From positions 3,744,001-3,808,000 of the forward strand of contig OY970325.1 in the NCBI GenBank assembly GCA_963717145.1: DNA of 64,000 nucleotides, in the 5' to 3' direction. The first letter of the stretch is position 1; each line of letters starts with the position of its first letter. Below the pieces are notes generated by a model. It worked only from the letters and a program-made list of their open reading frames with translations. It had not been told where the DNA came from and made no database searches. The stretch comes from an uncultured Armatimonadetes bacterium (GTDB lineage: Bacteria; Armatimonadota; UBA5829; DTJY01). Below, piece after piece: positions 8,846-19,450 of this stretch. The position numbers were made by a program, and so were the translations under genes.

Positions 8846-10525
8846 ATGAAGTACCGCATTCATCTCGCGATTCTCCTGCTCGTATTGAGCAGTTCCGCCA
8901 TACAGGCAAAGACGTGGGTCAAGAAGCTCGCGCCAGGGGTCACCTATATCCAGATCGTCCGGGAGGCGCCTGTCCCACGGATCATCAATGTGCTCAAGAT
9001 CGATCCGCGGGTGCCCGGCGTCGAGATACGGTCGGTGCTTGCGGGTGACATGGTGAACGACGTCGATGCGACCAGGGGCCGCGAGACGATGGGTTCGATC
9101 GCCACGCGACTCAAGGCAACCGCCGTCGTCAACACCGATTTCTGCAACTGGACCGGCGACCCACTCGGCCTCCACATCGAGCGAGGCGAACTCGTCAGCG
9201 AGCCGTATCGCCGACGGACGATGTTCGGCATGACTGCGGATGGAGACTATCTATTCGACGTCTTGGGATGGGACGCGAAAGTCACCCTGGCCGACGGGAC
9301 TTCCCGGGCGATCGACGGCATCGACCGTGACCGCGAGGCCGGCGAACTGATCGCCTATACCTCGAAGTGGTTCACGAGCACCTGCACCAAGGACGGCGGA
9401 TGCGAGGCCGTCATTACGACGAAGGACCTCCCGGTGCGCCTGGGCGTCCCTATCAAGGGCAGGATCACGGAGCTGCGGCCCGGCCTGGGGGATACCCCCA
9501 TCCCGGCGGACGGCATCGTGCTCTCGGGCTCGGGACCAGCCGCCGACTTCATCGAGAACAGCCTCATCAAGGGCCCGGAAATGACGATGGAGTTCAACGT
9601 CATCCCGACGAGCACGACCGGCTGGGAGCGGGTCGTCGAGGCGGCGGGAGGGACTCCGAGGCTCGTTCGGAACGGCGAGGTCTGCACCGATTTCCTGAAC
9701 GAAGGCGTCGCTGCGAGCTTCGTCACCACGACTCATCCCCGATCCGCGATCGGCGCAACCGCCGACGGTCGGCTCGTGCTGGTGACCGTCGATGGCCGAC
9801 AGTACAACGCGACCGGCATGTCGCTCCCCGATCTCGGGCGGCTGATGAAGTCGCTGGGATGCGTGGACGCTCTCAACCTCGACGGCGGCGGATCGAGCAC
9901 GATGGCGACGTACTTCGGCACGCTCAACAGCCCGTCGGATGGGAGGCTTCGCGCGCTGCCGAACGGGATGGCCGTTTTCGCGCCGGACCTCACATTCCCG
10001 ACGCCGGAGTTCAAGGTCGTCGCTCCCTCGGATACGATTGTGACCGGCGAGAGCATGCAACTCACACTGATCGATGTTGTGACCGGTCAGCCGCTCAAGA
10101 AGATCATCGCGAACCGTGCCATTTGGAGCACCGCGGCGGCGATGGGATTCGTCGATCAGTCCGGCAAATTCACGGCGTATGGCGCGGGCACGGTGGAGGT
10201 CGTTGTCAAGCTCGGCTCGCGAATGGCGACTGCCACGATAGAGACCGTCAAGGGCCCGCCGAAGAAGGTGGTCGCTGCCCTTGATGGCGACAAACCCGGC
10301 GCTGAAAACCGGAATATTCTGTCCGTCACTATCTATGACAAGAACTGGAACGCGCTCCGCGGAGTGAGCCTCCAGGTCGCGGTCACTGGCGGGAAGCTCG
10401 ATCGAACGGACATCGTGACCGGTGACGCCGGCAAGGTGGCGGTGGGCATCACCTGGGACGCCCCCACCGGCGGCCAAGCCGAGGTCTCCTGCGCCGACCT
10501 CCCACCGGTTGTCGTCACGCGATAG
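8846..10525 (+). CDS. Phosphodiester glycosidase (NAGPA) family secreted protein with C-terminal Ig-like domains
   Basis: Signal peptide, HPRSAIG, VTVDGRQ, ALNLDGGGSSTM motifs. Confidence 0.88.
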   Translation: MKYRIHLAILLLVLSSSAIQAKTWVKKLAPGVTYIQIVREAPVPRIINVLKIDPRVPGVEIRSVLAGDMVNDVDATRGRETMGSIATRLKATAVVNTDFCNWTGDPLGLHIERGELVSEPYRRRTMFGMTADGDYLFDVLGWDAKVTLADGTSRAIDGIDRDREAGELIAYTSKWFTSTCTKDGGCEAVITTKDLPVRLGVPIKGRITELRPGLGDTPIPADGIVLSGSGPAADFIENSLIKGPEMTMEFNVIPTSTTGWERVVEAAGGTPRLVRNGEVCTDFLNEGVAASFVTTTHPRSAIGATADGRLVLVTVDGRQYNATGMSLPDLGRLMKSLGCVDALNLDGGGSSTMATYFGTLNSPSDGRLRALPNGMAVFAPDLTFPTPEFKVVAPSDTIVTGESMQLTLIDVVTGQPLKKIIANRAIWSTAAAMGFVDQSGKFTAYGAGTVEVVVKLGSRMATATIETVKGPPKKVVAALDGDKPGAENRNILSVTIYDKNWNALRGVSLQVAVTGGKLDRTDIVTGDAGKVAVGITWDAPTGGQAEVSCADLPPVVVTR

Positions 10526-10527
10526 TA

Positions 10528-10637
10528 TGGAGTGCGATGGCTCGACATCGCTTTGGTCTTCGGCGGCTTGACGCCGTCCGGAGGGCCGCCGTGTCGAGCC
10601 ACGGCTCAGGAAAGCGATGTCGAGCCATCGCACTCCA
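10528..10637. repeat. TGGAGTGCG...CGCACTCCA palindromic repeat (27-bp arms)
   Basis: TGGAGTGCGATGGCTCGACATCGCTTT / AAAGCGATGTCGAGCCATCGCACTCCA; same ends as 15965-16055. Confidence 0.85.
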
Positions 10638-10666
10638 AGAGGAGAACAGCAGCCCCCCGTATGCCT

Positions 10667-12619
10667 TTACTTCGCCGGCTGGAAGATGCCGAGGGACTTG
10701 CCGACGAACTCCGCGTCGGCCATCAGCTTGCAGCACGCGGGATTCTCGATCGTGTTCGCAATGCCCGTGCCCGGGCCGGTCGGCTTCGGCTTGGCGGGCG
10801 AAACGACGATGCACGCGTCCATGACCTCCATCTCGAAGTCGCCGAGCAGCAGGCCGGCATCCGTCATCTTCTTGTTGTCCACGAGCATCCGTATTTCCGC
10901 GAGCTTTCCCTCGAGCACGGAGAAAAGCGCCTCATCGGAGATCAGCGGCACTTCGTCCAGACCGAACGGCAGTTCGTGGAAGAGGTCCAGCATCAACTGC
11001 ATGTGCGGAATGTCGGTCTCCAGTATCCATTTCCACTCGTCCCTGTGGACGTAGCCGGTCGGGTTCGGGCCTGCGCCGTCGTCGTCCCACGGAACCGACG
11101 TGCCGTAGAGGATGTTGAGCGTCCATGTCGTGCCCGCGGTTTCGTACATCAGCGGCCACCAGAGCCGGATGTTCGGCGTCCCCTGCTGCGAAATGGTGTT
11201 GGCCGGGAAGACGTCCGCGCACTGGATGATCTCCGGCGTAGTCTTCTTCAGGACGACGTTCTTCAGTGTGTATTCCACATCGAGTTGAGCAGCCTTCACG
11301 TAGTTCGCCCACGCCTGGCCCGGGACGATGGAGAGGACTCCGGGCGAAGCGGAGATCAGATCGCCGTCGGGATCGGATACGAATCCGTCGAAGGCGACAG
11401 CTTCCAGGACTCCGGTCTGTCCCGGATACACCGAATACACGGGCAGGAACTCCGAGTGAGTGATGTCGGTCAGGAACTCGTCCGCGCCGATATCGACCGT
11501 TCCGCCTATGATCCTCTCCTGTCCGTCCATGTCGGTGGCGGGGATCCCCGGCGCGTCGTTCCATCCGGCGTTGATGCAGGGTGAGAGCGACGTGAGGTGG
11601 TAGTCACCGCCCGCCATATTCACGAAGAGGGGATCAGCCGAGATGTCTCCGACTCCGGCAGCCGAGCCCGGAGTAGTTGTAGGCCGTATTGCCGTACACG
11701 TCGTTGTTCCGAAGAACAGGTGGTCCTCCGTTGTAGATGCATATCCCCGAGGAGTTGAAAGCCACGATGTTGTTCGACACTGCGGGAGAGGAGTTCTCGC
11801 ACTCTATCCCCCCCCCCACCCGCCGTCCGCGGTGTTACCGGTGATCGTGTTGTTCGTGATGGTCGCGGACGAGAAGTAGCAGGCTATCCCGCCGCCCAAC
11901 CCTGGGCTATGGTTACCGGCGATCGTGTTGTTTGTGATCGTCGGTGAAGAGTAGTAGCACAATATTCCGCCGCCCCAGAACGCATCGTTACCGCTGATCC
12001 TATTGCTCGTAATCGTTGGCGAGGAGCTCAAGCAGCATATCCCGGCACCCCCGACACGGGGCAGGCCGTTGGCTGTGATCGTGTTGTTCGCAATCGTCGG
12101 CGAGGAGTTCTCGCAGTATATCCCGCCGCCCCACCAGACCCCCGTGTTTCCGGTGATATTGTTGTTCGTGATAGTCGGCGAAGTGGCGTTGCAGTAGATG
12201 CCTCCACCGTTGTCGGCGCGCCCGTTGCGGATTGTGAAGCCATCGATCACCGTGGCCGGACCCGCTCCACTTGGACAGATCACGACGCTGCCGGCCTGGT
12301 TCCCATCAAGGATAGTCACGTGCGCCGCGATGTCCCTTGTCGATCCCACACCGGAATACCCGCCGTAGAGCGCCACTCCAGCCTTCAGAGTGATGCATTC
12401 GACATACGTTCCCCGCGCGACCCAGACCTGATCCCCCGAAGACGCCGCGTTCAAACCAGCCTGTACGGTGTGGTACGCCTTGCCCCACGACGTTCCATCG
12501 AACGTCGGGCCGGGAGAGTCCCATTTGACGTAGACAACCGCAAACGCCGCCGAGGAAGTGAGCGCGAGAAGCAGAATCGTCGCGAGCAAGGCAAGAGCAA
12601 ATCCGGAACGGTACTTCAT
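10667..12619 (-). CDS. Secreted right-handed beta-helix repeat protein with uncharacterised C-terminal domain; two frameshifts in this sequence (~11810, ~11663)
   Basis: Signal peptide MKYRSGFALAL, DGTSWGKAYHTVQAG cap, GGGIYC..SSPTITNN repeats, then GDISADPLFVN..GDYHL..SPCINAG and VDIGADE in shifted frames. Confidence 0.8.
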
Positions 12620-12998
12620 CGTAACCTCCAAATGCGGAAATGACCAAATGGTGAATCGGGTGAAGCTCTGATGCCGGCGCGTCTGCGGTGAGTAGTAGTG
12701 CTTGCGCCGGACTACTTGGCGATAGTATACCCATGTTAGCGACATATTACTCATATCTACAAGCTCAGCAGGAGAAAAACCGGGGTTTTTTCGCAAGCTC
12801 AGCCGTTGCCCGTTCGGATGCATCATGCCCTCGCTTCGGGGTTACCGGGCACAAGCATCCCGGAAAACCCCTCCTACGTGGCTATGGACATGATGAGTTC
12901 TCCGCGCCCCTTGCACTGATCTCACGCACAGAGTAGAATCATCCGGAGGCTGGTCCCCCTTCGTAATGGGGACAGCTTCCGCTCAACAAGGAGTAACC

Positions 12999-14027
12999 AT
13001 GAGAGCAGTCAAGCTGTATGCGCCGGGCGATATGCGCCTGGTAGATATCGAGAAGCCGACGCCCGGACCGGGGGAGGCACTCGTCCAGGTCAAGGCGGTC
13101 GGAGTATGCGCATCCGATGTACACTACTACCGCGAAGGGCGGATCGGCGATGCCGTCGTAACCGAGCCGATCATTATGGGCCATGAGTTCGCCGGCGTCG
13201 TGGCGGAGATCGGTCCCGGCGTGACGGGCCTCAAGGTCGGCGACCGAGTGGCCGTCGAGCCCGCGTTCCACTGCGGAGAGTGCGAGATATGCAGATCCGG
13301 CAACATCAACCTCTGCCGGGCGATGAAGTTCTGCGGCACGCCTCCGTATGACGGATCGCTGAGGGAGTACATCGCGTGGCCCGCCAGTCTGTGCGTTCCC
13401 GTGCCGGACTCGATGAGCATGCCGGAAGCCGCGATGCTCGAACCGCTCGCGGTCGGCGTTTACGGCGTCGAGATCGCCGAACCAGTCTCGGGGAAGGGCA
13501 TCGGCATCCTCGGCGCAGGCGCAATCGGGCTGTCGATCCTTCAGGCGGCGAAGGCGTCCGGGTGCGGTAGGGCATACGTCACCGATCCGATCCCCGAGCG
13601 CCGCGAACTAGCCCGAAAGCTCGGGGCCGACGCCGTCTTCGATGCCGCCGATCCCGACGTGGTGAGCAAGGTCGTCGGCGATTCTATCGGGCTCGACATC
13701 GTTTTCGAGGCGGCCGGCGAGAACGACGCGGTCCGTCAGGCGACCGAGATCGTCCGACCGGCGGGGCTGGTGGTCGTCGGCGGGATACCTCGCGAGGACA
13801 GCCTGTGCGTCACCGCCTCACTCGTCCGCAGAAAGGGCCTCACCATCAAGCTGATTCGACGCAGCAGGAACACGCTCCACCGCTCGATCGACCTCGTGAA
13901 GGCGGGCAAGGTGGACATCGCTTCCTTCGTCACGCACAAATTCCCCGTCGAGCGCGTCCTTGATGCCTTCGAGCTTGCGATGGCTCGGAGAGACGGCGTA
14001 CTCCGGGCCGTGGTGGAATTCGGTTAG
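12999..14027 (+). CDS. Zinc-dependent alcohol dehydrogenase, sorbitol/iditol dehydrogenase-like
   Basis: GVCASD, GHEFAG, CGECEIC...NLC, GAGAIG motifs; RBS AAGGAG. Confidence 0.92.
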   Translation: MRAVKLYAPGDMRLVDIEKPTPGPGEALVQVKAVGVCASDVHYYREGRIGDAVVTEPIIMGHEFAGVVAEIGPGVTGLKVGDRVAVEPAFHCGECEICRSGNINLCRAMKFCGTPPYDGSLREYIAWPASLCVPVPDSMSMPEAAMLEPLAVGVYGVEIAEPVSGKGIGILGAGAIGLSILQAAKASGCGRAYVTDPIPERRELARKLGADAVFDAADPDVVSKVVGDSIGLDIVFEAAGENDAVRQATEIVRPAGLVVVGGIPREDSLCVTASLVRRKGLTIKLIRRSRNTLHRSIDLVKAGKVDIASFVTHKFPVERVLDAFELAMARRDGVLRAVVEFG

Positions 14028-14059
14028 CCATGCGTTTGGCGCAAGCACTTCGTGGGGAA

Positions 14060-14153
14060 ATGGTTAATGGTTCATGGTTGATGGTTCATGGGGGACGGGA
14101 AACCGAACCGCCATTCCCCATTAGCCATTAACCATCAGCCATCAACCATTCCC
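14060..14153. repeat. Heptamer (ATGGTTN / NAACCAT) tandem repeats in inverted arrangement
   Basis: ATGGTTA ATGGTTC ATGGTTG ATGGTTC followed by TAGCCAT TAACCAT CAGCCAT CAACCAT. Confidence 0.85.
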
Positions 14154-14165
14154 GAGAGGTACACC

Positions 14166-15962
14166 ATGGCGAGGGACCGCTCATCGGAGATCCACTGGGT
14201 AGAGTGGAGCAACGAAGCCTTCGAACGCGCGCGGAAGGAGGACAAGCTCGTCCTCCTGAATATCGGCGCGGGCTGGTGCCACTGGTGTCACCAGCTCGAC
14301 CGTACGTCCTACTCCGATCCTCAGGTCGTCGAACTCATCAACGAAAAGTTTGTGCCAATCCGAGTCGAGGCCGACCGCCGGCCCGACATCCAGGACAGGT
14401 ACCTCATGGGCGGCTGGCCGACCACCGCGATCCTCACCCCGGACGCTCGAATCCTGACCGGCGCAACGTATATGCCACCCGAACGCATGCTGAGCCTCCT
14501 GCGACAGGTCGGCCAACTCTACGAGGAGGACCGGGAGGCCGTGACCCTCCGCGCATCGCAGATGTCCGAGGAGGCCGAGGAGGAGATGGGCCGGCACTGG
14601 GCCGCCACATCAGCGAAATCCCCGAGCCGAGAGGTCATCGGCTCGCTCGTCACCGCCATGCGCCGGGAGTTCGACTCGATCAACGGCGGCTTCGGTACCG
14701 AGCCTAAGTTTCCGTTCCCGGATGCAGTCCGTCTCGCATTCCTCCAGAACCGCCGAACCGGCGATCAGACGATGCTCGATATGGCGCTGAAGACGCTCGA
14801 CGGCATGGCCCGCCTCATCGATCCCGTATGGGGCGGGATGTACCGGTATTCCGTGGACGCCCAGTGGAAGCATCCGCACTACGAAAAGATGCTCTACATC
14901 CAGGCCGGGGCGCTCGACAACTACGTCGAGGCATACCAGGTCACCGCCAACGTGAAGTATGCCGAGATCGCGGCCGGGATCGAGGTCTATGTGAGGCGAT
15001 TTCTCGCCGACAGGGAGAACGGCGGGTTCTATGGCAGCCAGGACGCCGATATCGGAAGCCACGAACCGCAGGCCGATCTCATCACCGGCGAGCAGTATTT
15101 CCCCAAGAGCGAGAAAGAGCGCCTCGAAATGGGTATGCCGCACACCGACCAGACCATCTATGCCGGGTGGAACGGCATGATGTGCTCCGCATACTTCCGA
15201 CTCTGCAGCGCGACCGATGACATGAACGCCGCGAACTTCGCGATCAAGACCATCGACCGCCTGCTCAGGGAGAACGTGAGGGACGGACTGGTCTATCACT
15301 ACAATGACGGCGAGCCGCGCGTGCCCGGCCTGCTCTGCAACCAGGCGTACTTCGCTCAGGCGCTGATCGACGCGCACCAGACGACCGGGCGACGCGGCTA
15401 CCTCGAACACGCGGAACGGATCGCCCGGGTGACGCTTGACGTGCTGCAGGACAGGGAGAGCGGCGGGTTCTACTACCAGCCGCCCGATCCACATGCGCTC
15501 GGCGAACTGGCACAGCGACACAAGCCCTTCGACGAGAACGTCATGGCGGCGAAGGTGCTCACCAAACTGAACTACATGACCGGCAGGGAGGACTACCGCG
15601 AGGCAGCCGGGCGCGCGCTCGAAGCGGTGTCGTACCCGCAGTTGGTGGAGAGCATCATGGGCGCGGGCTATGGATTGGCGCTCGATCTCCATCTGGAGCC
15701 GCCGGTTCACATAGTGGTCGTCGGCAACCGCGACAACACCGAGACGGGCAAGATGCTCAAGGCGGGACTCCATGCCTATGAGCCGCAAAAGCTGATCCAG
15801 GTGCTCGATCCGGATGAAGACAGCCTGACGATCGGCGCATTGATCTATGCCGCGCAGAAGGAACCATCCGCCTATGTCTGCGTAAGAAACGTGTGCATGA
15901 GCCCGATCGTCGGCAGCGACGAACTGACGACGACGCTGGAGGACGTGCTGGGGAATGGTTGA
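14166..15962 (+). CDS. Thioredoxin-domain protein, YyaL/SSP411 (DUF255) family
   Basis: WCHWCH, RPDI, GGWPTT, GGFGTEPKFP, RYSVDAQWKHPHYEKMLY, AYVC...C motifs. Confidence 0.92.
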   Translation: MARDRSSEIHWVEWSNEAFERARKEDKLVLLNIGAGWCHWCHQLDRTSYSDPQVVELINEKFVPIRVEADRRPDIQDRYLMGGWPTTAILTPDARILTGATYMPPERMLSLLRQVGQLYEEDREAVTLRASQMSEEAEEEMGRHWAATSAKSPSREVIGSLVTAMRREFDSINGGFGTEPKFPFPDAVRLAFLQNRRTGDQTMLDMALKTLDGMARLIDPVWGGMYRYSVDAQWKHPHYEKMLYIQAGALDNYVEAYQVTANVKYAEIAAGIEVYVRRFLADRENGGFYGSQDADIGSHEPQADLITGEQYFPKSEKERLEMGMPHTDQTIYAGWNGMMCSAYFRLCSATDDMNAANFAIKTIDRLLRENVRDGLVYHYNDGEPRVPGLLCNQAYFAQALIDAHQTTGRRGYLEHAERIARVTLDVLQDRESGGFYYQPPDPHALGELAQRHKPFDENVMAAKVLTKLNYMTGREDYREAAGRALEAVSYPQLVESIMGAGYGLALDLHLEPPVHIVVVGNRDNTETGKMLKAGLHAYEPQKLIQVLDPDEDSLTIGALIYAAQKEPSAYVCVRNVCMSPIVGSDELTTTLEDVLGNG

Positions 15963-15964
15963 TA

Positions 15965-16055
15965 TGGAGTGCGGAAGCGGAGTCTGCGGAGCTTCCGCTT
16001 TGGCATACGTTACGACGGAAAGCGGAAGCTCCGCAGACTCCGCTTCCGCACTCCA
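15965..16055. repeat. TGGAGTGCG...CGCACTCCA palindromic repeat (37-bp perfect arms)
   Basis: 15965-16001 is the reverse complement of 16019-16055. Confidence 0.9.
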
Positions 16056-16066
16056 AAGGATACCAT

Positions 16067-16750
16067 ATGAGAAGAACCCTCGTCATAATGGCGAAAGCCC
16101 CCATAGTCGGCAAGGTGAAGACGCGATTGTGCCCGCCGCTCGGTGCACAGAGCGCCGCCCTTCTGCACGAGTCCTTCATCCGCGATGCAGTCGAGAAGGC
16201 ATCGACAGTGCCGGACGCCCAGACCGTGATGGCATATACCCCGCGAGGCACCGCCTCATTCTTCCGTGACGCCGCCTGTGATGCCGACGCATATATGCTC
16301 CAGAAGGGCAGCGGACTCGGGGAGCGGCTCTCGAACTGCTTCGATCGGCTGAGCGAGCGTGGGCGCGCGGTCGTCGTGATGGGCGCGGATTCGCCGACGC
16401 TCCCCGCGAGGTGTCTCGAGTTCGCATTCGACGTGCTCGATACGGAGCGCGCCGACGCGGTTCTCGGGCCAACGAGCGACGGCGGGTTCTACCTCGTGGG
16501 ACTGCGGTCGCCCCAGCCGAAGTTGTTCGAGGACGTCCTGTGGAGCGGGCCGAACGTACCCGGCGCTTCCGTCGAGAAGGCGAAGGAGTTAGGCCTGCGC
16601 ATGCACCTGCTCCCGGAGTGGTATCACGTGGACCGATCGGTGCATCTGGCCCACCTCCGCGCGGAACTCCTCGAACGGAAGGTGACGAATCACGCCGCCC
16701 GCCACACCCGCGAGCGCCTCCAGTCCTTCGTCGAGCGCGGGTTGCTCTGA
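16067..16750 (+). CDS. DUF2064 / TIGR04282-type glycosyltransferase
   Basis: MAKAP..GKVKTRL, Q.G.GLGERL, GADSP, LGPTSDGGFYLVG motifs. Confidence 0.88.
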   Translation: MRRTLVIMAKAPIVGKVKTRLCPPLGAQSAALLHESFIRDAVEKASTVPDAQTVMAYTPRGTASFFRDAACDADAYMLQKGSGLGERLSNCFDRLSERGRAVVVMGADSPTLPARCLEFAFDVLDTERADAVLGPTSDGGFYLVGLRSPQPKLFEDVLWSGPNVPGASVEKAKELGLRMHLLPEWYHVDRSVHLAHLRAELLERKVTNHAARHTRERLQSFVERGLL

Positions 16751-16763
16751 ATGCGGAATGGCG

Positions 16764-16887
16764 AACCTCCCCCGGCCTGCTGGCCGGCCCCTCCTTCGTA
16801 AGGAGGGGCGCAGACAGAGATGTCCCCCCCTGCCGCAACAGATGTCCCCCTTACGAAGGGGGACCGGCCTCTGGGCCGAGGGGGTTT
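16764..16887. repeat. CCCCTCCTTCGTAAGGAGGGG-type palindromic repeat pair
   Basis: 16764-16814 and 16841-16887 recur at 38870-38920 and 38770-38816; partial copy near 12945-12974. Confidence 0.9.
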
Positions 16888-16897
16888 CCGGTCCGAC

Positions 16898-18124
16898 CTA
16901 ACGCACGAGCTTGAAGAGCCTTCCCTCGCCCGGCTGGAGCGGCAGGACCACCTTGCCTGACGCGTCCGGCGGATGGTTCAGGCGACCCCCGCTCGCCGCG
17001 GTCAGTTCCTCCAGCCGCTTCACCGATTTACCGAACGTGAGTTCCACCTCCACCGGCTTGCGCATCAGGCGGTTCGAAACCATCGCCCAGGTTGAGCCGT
17101 CCTCATGCTTGAACATCCCCAGCACGACCGGCGCGTCATTCGACACTCGAACCGGCAGCCCCGACTTCTGCGCCTGACATCCCGCCGGCACGTCGCCTGA
17201 GTGATACACGCCGGTCGAGGTCAGCTTCATCAGTGTCGGTCCGAGGATCCGCAGATCGCCGTTGATCCGCCTGGCCCGGTTGAAGAGCGCCGTCCGATTG
17301 CCCTTCTGGTCTATGATCGCGCTCAAGGGGCCCAGGACATCGCCCGGCGTCCAGTACGTGAAGTACAGTATCCCCTTCACGCCGTAGACGAGCGAGTTGT
17401 AAACCTGCCAGCGCAGATCGGCATCGGTGGGAGTGCGATAGGAGAAGTGAGGGAGCGAGAGCATTATGTAGCAGGTCGGGATGTCGTACTTCAGGCCGGC
17501 GGCGCGAACGACCTCCAGGTTCTGGAAGTAGCTGGCGATGTTCGGCAGGTTCTCCGGCTCTCCGGCCATCGCAATGTAGTGATCGTAGCTCAGTATCCGC
17601 GGTTCGACGATCTTGCAGAACTGATCGACGTGCGCCTCATACGTCGGGTTGCCGAGTTGCTGTTCATTCGCGTAGTTCGGGAACAGGTTGATGTACGGCA
17701 GGCGCTTCGGATCCGCCTTCAGCAGGTACTTGTTGATCGCCGTCAGCCTGGGGAACACAGCGGAGTTCGGCTCATCGGTGACGTAATATCCTCCCAGCGC
17801 GGGGTACTTCGAGTAGTCGGCGACCACCGAGTCGAGCTGCTTGGTGAAATCCGGGCTCGCCGGATCGGCGAAGGTCCGCGGGTCGCCGACGATGTACTTC
17901 AGGCCGTACTTCGCGCAGGCATCGAGAATCGCCTTGTTCTGCTCGGGGGTCACCGCGCTGCACGGAGGCAGGCAGTAGTTGAAGTTACACTCCGCGACCT
18001 CGGCATACCGGGCGATCGGATCCTGGTCCGCGGCCGGGCCGCACCAGTAGCTGACGATGAAATCCGACGCCGTCGCGGGCACAACGAAGAGAAGAAGGAT
18101 GACAAGAGCCAGAACCAGGTACAT
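16898..18124 (-). CDS. Secreted protein, putative TIM-barrel glycoside hydrolase
   Basis: Signal peptide, GYYVTDEP, YINLFPNYA, LSYDHY, GILYFTYW motifs typical of uncharacterised GH-like proteins. Confidence 0.65.
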   Translation of the reverse strand: MYLVLALVILLLFVVPATASDFIVSYWCGPAADQDPIARYAEVAECNFNYCLPPCSAVTPEQNKAILDACAKYGLKYIVGDPRTFADPASPDFTKQLDSVVADYSKYPALGGYYVTDEPNSAVFPRLTAINKYLLKADPKRLPYINLFPNYANEQQLGNPTYEAHVDQFCKIVEPRILSYDHYIAMAGEPENLPNIASYFQNLEVVRAAGLKYDIPTCYIMLSLPHFSYRTPTDADLRWQVYNSLVYGVKGILYFTYWTPGDVLGPLSAIIDQKGNRTALFNRARRINGDLRILGPTLMKLTSTGVYHSGDVPAGCQAQKSGLPVRVSNDAPVVLGMFKHEDGSTWAMVSNRLMRKPVEVELTFGKSVKRLEELTAASGGRLNHPPDASGKVVLPLQPGEGRLFKLVR

Positions 18125-18166
18125 GGTCGGATACCTCCCAGGACAGACGTTGGACGTCGGACCCTC

Positions 18167-18391
18167 GTAGTGGCCGCGCCTCCGTGCCGGCCATGCGCCT
18201 CCTACCGGGACCGTCTAGTCCTGAGTATGCCGGTGAATGACGGCATGTAACGAAGGACGGTGGCATTCCGCCAGACCTCCGTGCTCCGCAAGCCGCCCTT
18301 CGTTACATGCCGTCATTCACCGGCATACTCAGGGCTGACGGGTTGCCGTTCCCGGCACACCGGAAGGCCGGCACTGAGGCACGGCCACTAC
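18167..18391. repeat. Composite repeat: GTAG-type REP pair enclosing a GTCCTGAG...CTCAGG long-hairpin element (18211-18341)
   Basis: GTAGTGGCCGCGCCTCCGTGCCGGCC at 18167, inverted copy at 18366-18391; similar composite at 20606-20867. Confidence 0.9.
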
Positions 18392-18508
18392 GTTCTGTTT
18401 CCTGCATATTCGCGTTCCACACCGCCGTTCCTGCAGGGAATGGTTGGCCTGCTACCGGTCGCAGTTCCGGCGCACGTTTGCGTTGAAAGAAAAAATGGGT
18501 AGAAGGTA

Positions 18509-18563
18509 TTGACAAACGAACAGCACTCATGTAGACTAAGAGTGCTAGGTGAACTTAAGTTTG
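18509..18563 (+). promoter_or_regulatory. sigma70 promoter with downstream LexA (GAAC-N4-GTTY) box
   Basis: TTGACA(18509)-N17-TAGACT(18532); TGAACTTAAGTTTG at 18550-18563; another near-box CGAACATACGATCG at 18630-18643. Confidence 0.7.
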
Positions 18564-18582
18564 CTGTCCCGGAGGAATCGTT

Positions 18583-18984
18583 ATGATGTCAGGAAGACAC
18601 TCGGGAATCCTCTCACGAGGGTTTAGCATCGAACATACGATCGACCGCACGGAGTCGATTCTTCTCTTTGCCGCCGTCCTCATGCTCCTTTTCGTCATCG
18701 GCATGTGGGCCAAAGGCCTCATCGTATCCGATACGCCTGTCATGAACATGGAGGTCACCGTTCAGCGGGGAGACACCCTCTGGAGTGTCGCTCAGGCTTA
18801 CGGCGATCCGGACGAATACATACTCGCACGCGTCGATAAGCTGGCAAAGGCGAATGGCCTGACACGGGGCGCTGTCCTTGACAAGGGACAGACGCTCGTC
18901 GTGCCCATGACCGGCAAGATGCGCGACCTTGTACTGCGGAGGCACATATGCAAGCAGACCGACTCCGGACAAAGGACCTTATGA
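18583..18984 (+). CDS. Single-TM LysM protein, YneA-like SOS cell-division inhibitor
   Basis: One hydrophobic helix then LysM (VTVQRGDTLWSVA...N.L...L..GQTLVVP); small size; upstream SOS box; RBS GGAGG. Confidence 0.75.
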   Translation: MMSGRHSGILSRGFSIEHTIDRTESILLFAAVLMLLFVIGMWAKGLIVSDTPVMNMEVTVQRGDTLWSVAQAYGDPDEYILARVDKLAKANGLTRGAVLDKGQTLVVPMTGKMRDLVLRRHICKQTDSGQRTL

Positions 18985-19403
18985 TCGAAACCGCCGCCTG
19001 CCGTCCGGATTCAGGGCCGGGCGGCATCGGCGTTGTCGCGCGGAACGTCCATCCCACGGTGGCAGGCCGGATATGCGAGCAGGCATACGGCGACATCGAC
19101 GAGTTGACGTACCGGGCGGTGCTCAGAGCGCTAGACCTCGGGAAGCGTCTCCGCCTGGGACGAGTCTCCATCCTGTGTCCCGATGAGACGATCGTCAAGC
19201 AGATCAACCGCGAGTTGCCCGTCCCCCAGCAAGGCCGGATTCCCCTGCTCTACGTGAGGGTCAAGTCGCTCATGTACACCTACAGCCACGCGGAGATCAT
19301 CGCTGCCCCCGAGGGCAAAGTGCGCGCCGCCCGCAAGCTCGCGATGGCCGGAAGCAGGATTCCCATCCCCGTCAAGAAAGAGCCCCGCACGCTCTTCACC
19401 TAG
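18948..19403 (+). CDS. RNase HI-like (RVT_3) fold protein with degenerate active site
   Basis: GPGGIGVV, YRAVLRAL, IVKQIN, AARKLA follow the RNase HI pattern but catalytic acidic residues appear replaced; RBS GGAGG at 18938. Confidence 0.65.
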   Translation: MQADRLRTKDLMIETAACRPDSGPGGIGVVARNVHPTVAGRICEQAYGDIDELTYRAVLRALDLGKRLRLGRVSILCPDETIVKQINRELPVPQQGRIPLLYVRVKSLMYTYSHAEIIAAPEGKVRAARKLAMAGSRIPIPVKKEPRTLFT

Positions 19404-19450
19404 GCCCTGGGAATCATAATCATACTCATACTCCGTGGCCGGCACGGCCA

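Noticed and set aside
6793-10633. Long antisense ORFs (6793-8184, 9251-10633) and similar ones elsewhere
   Set aside because: Shadow frames of well-supported genes in high-GC DNA with no recognisable motifs
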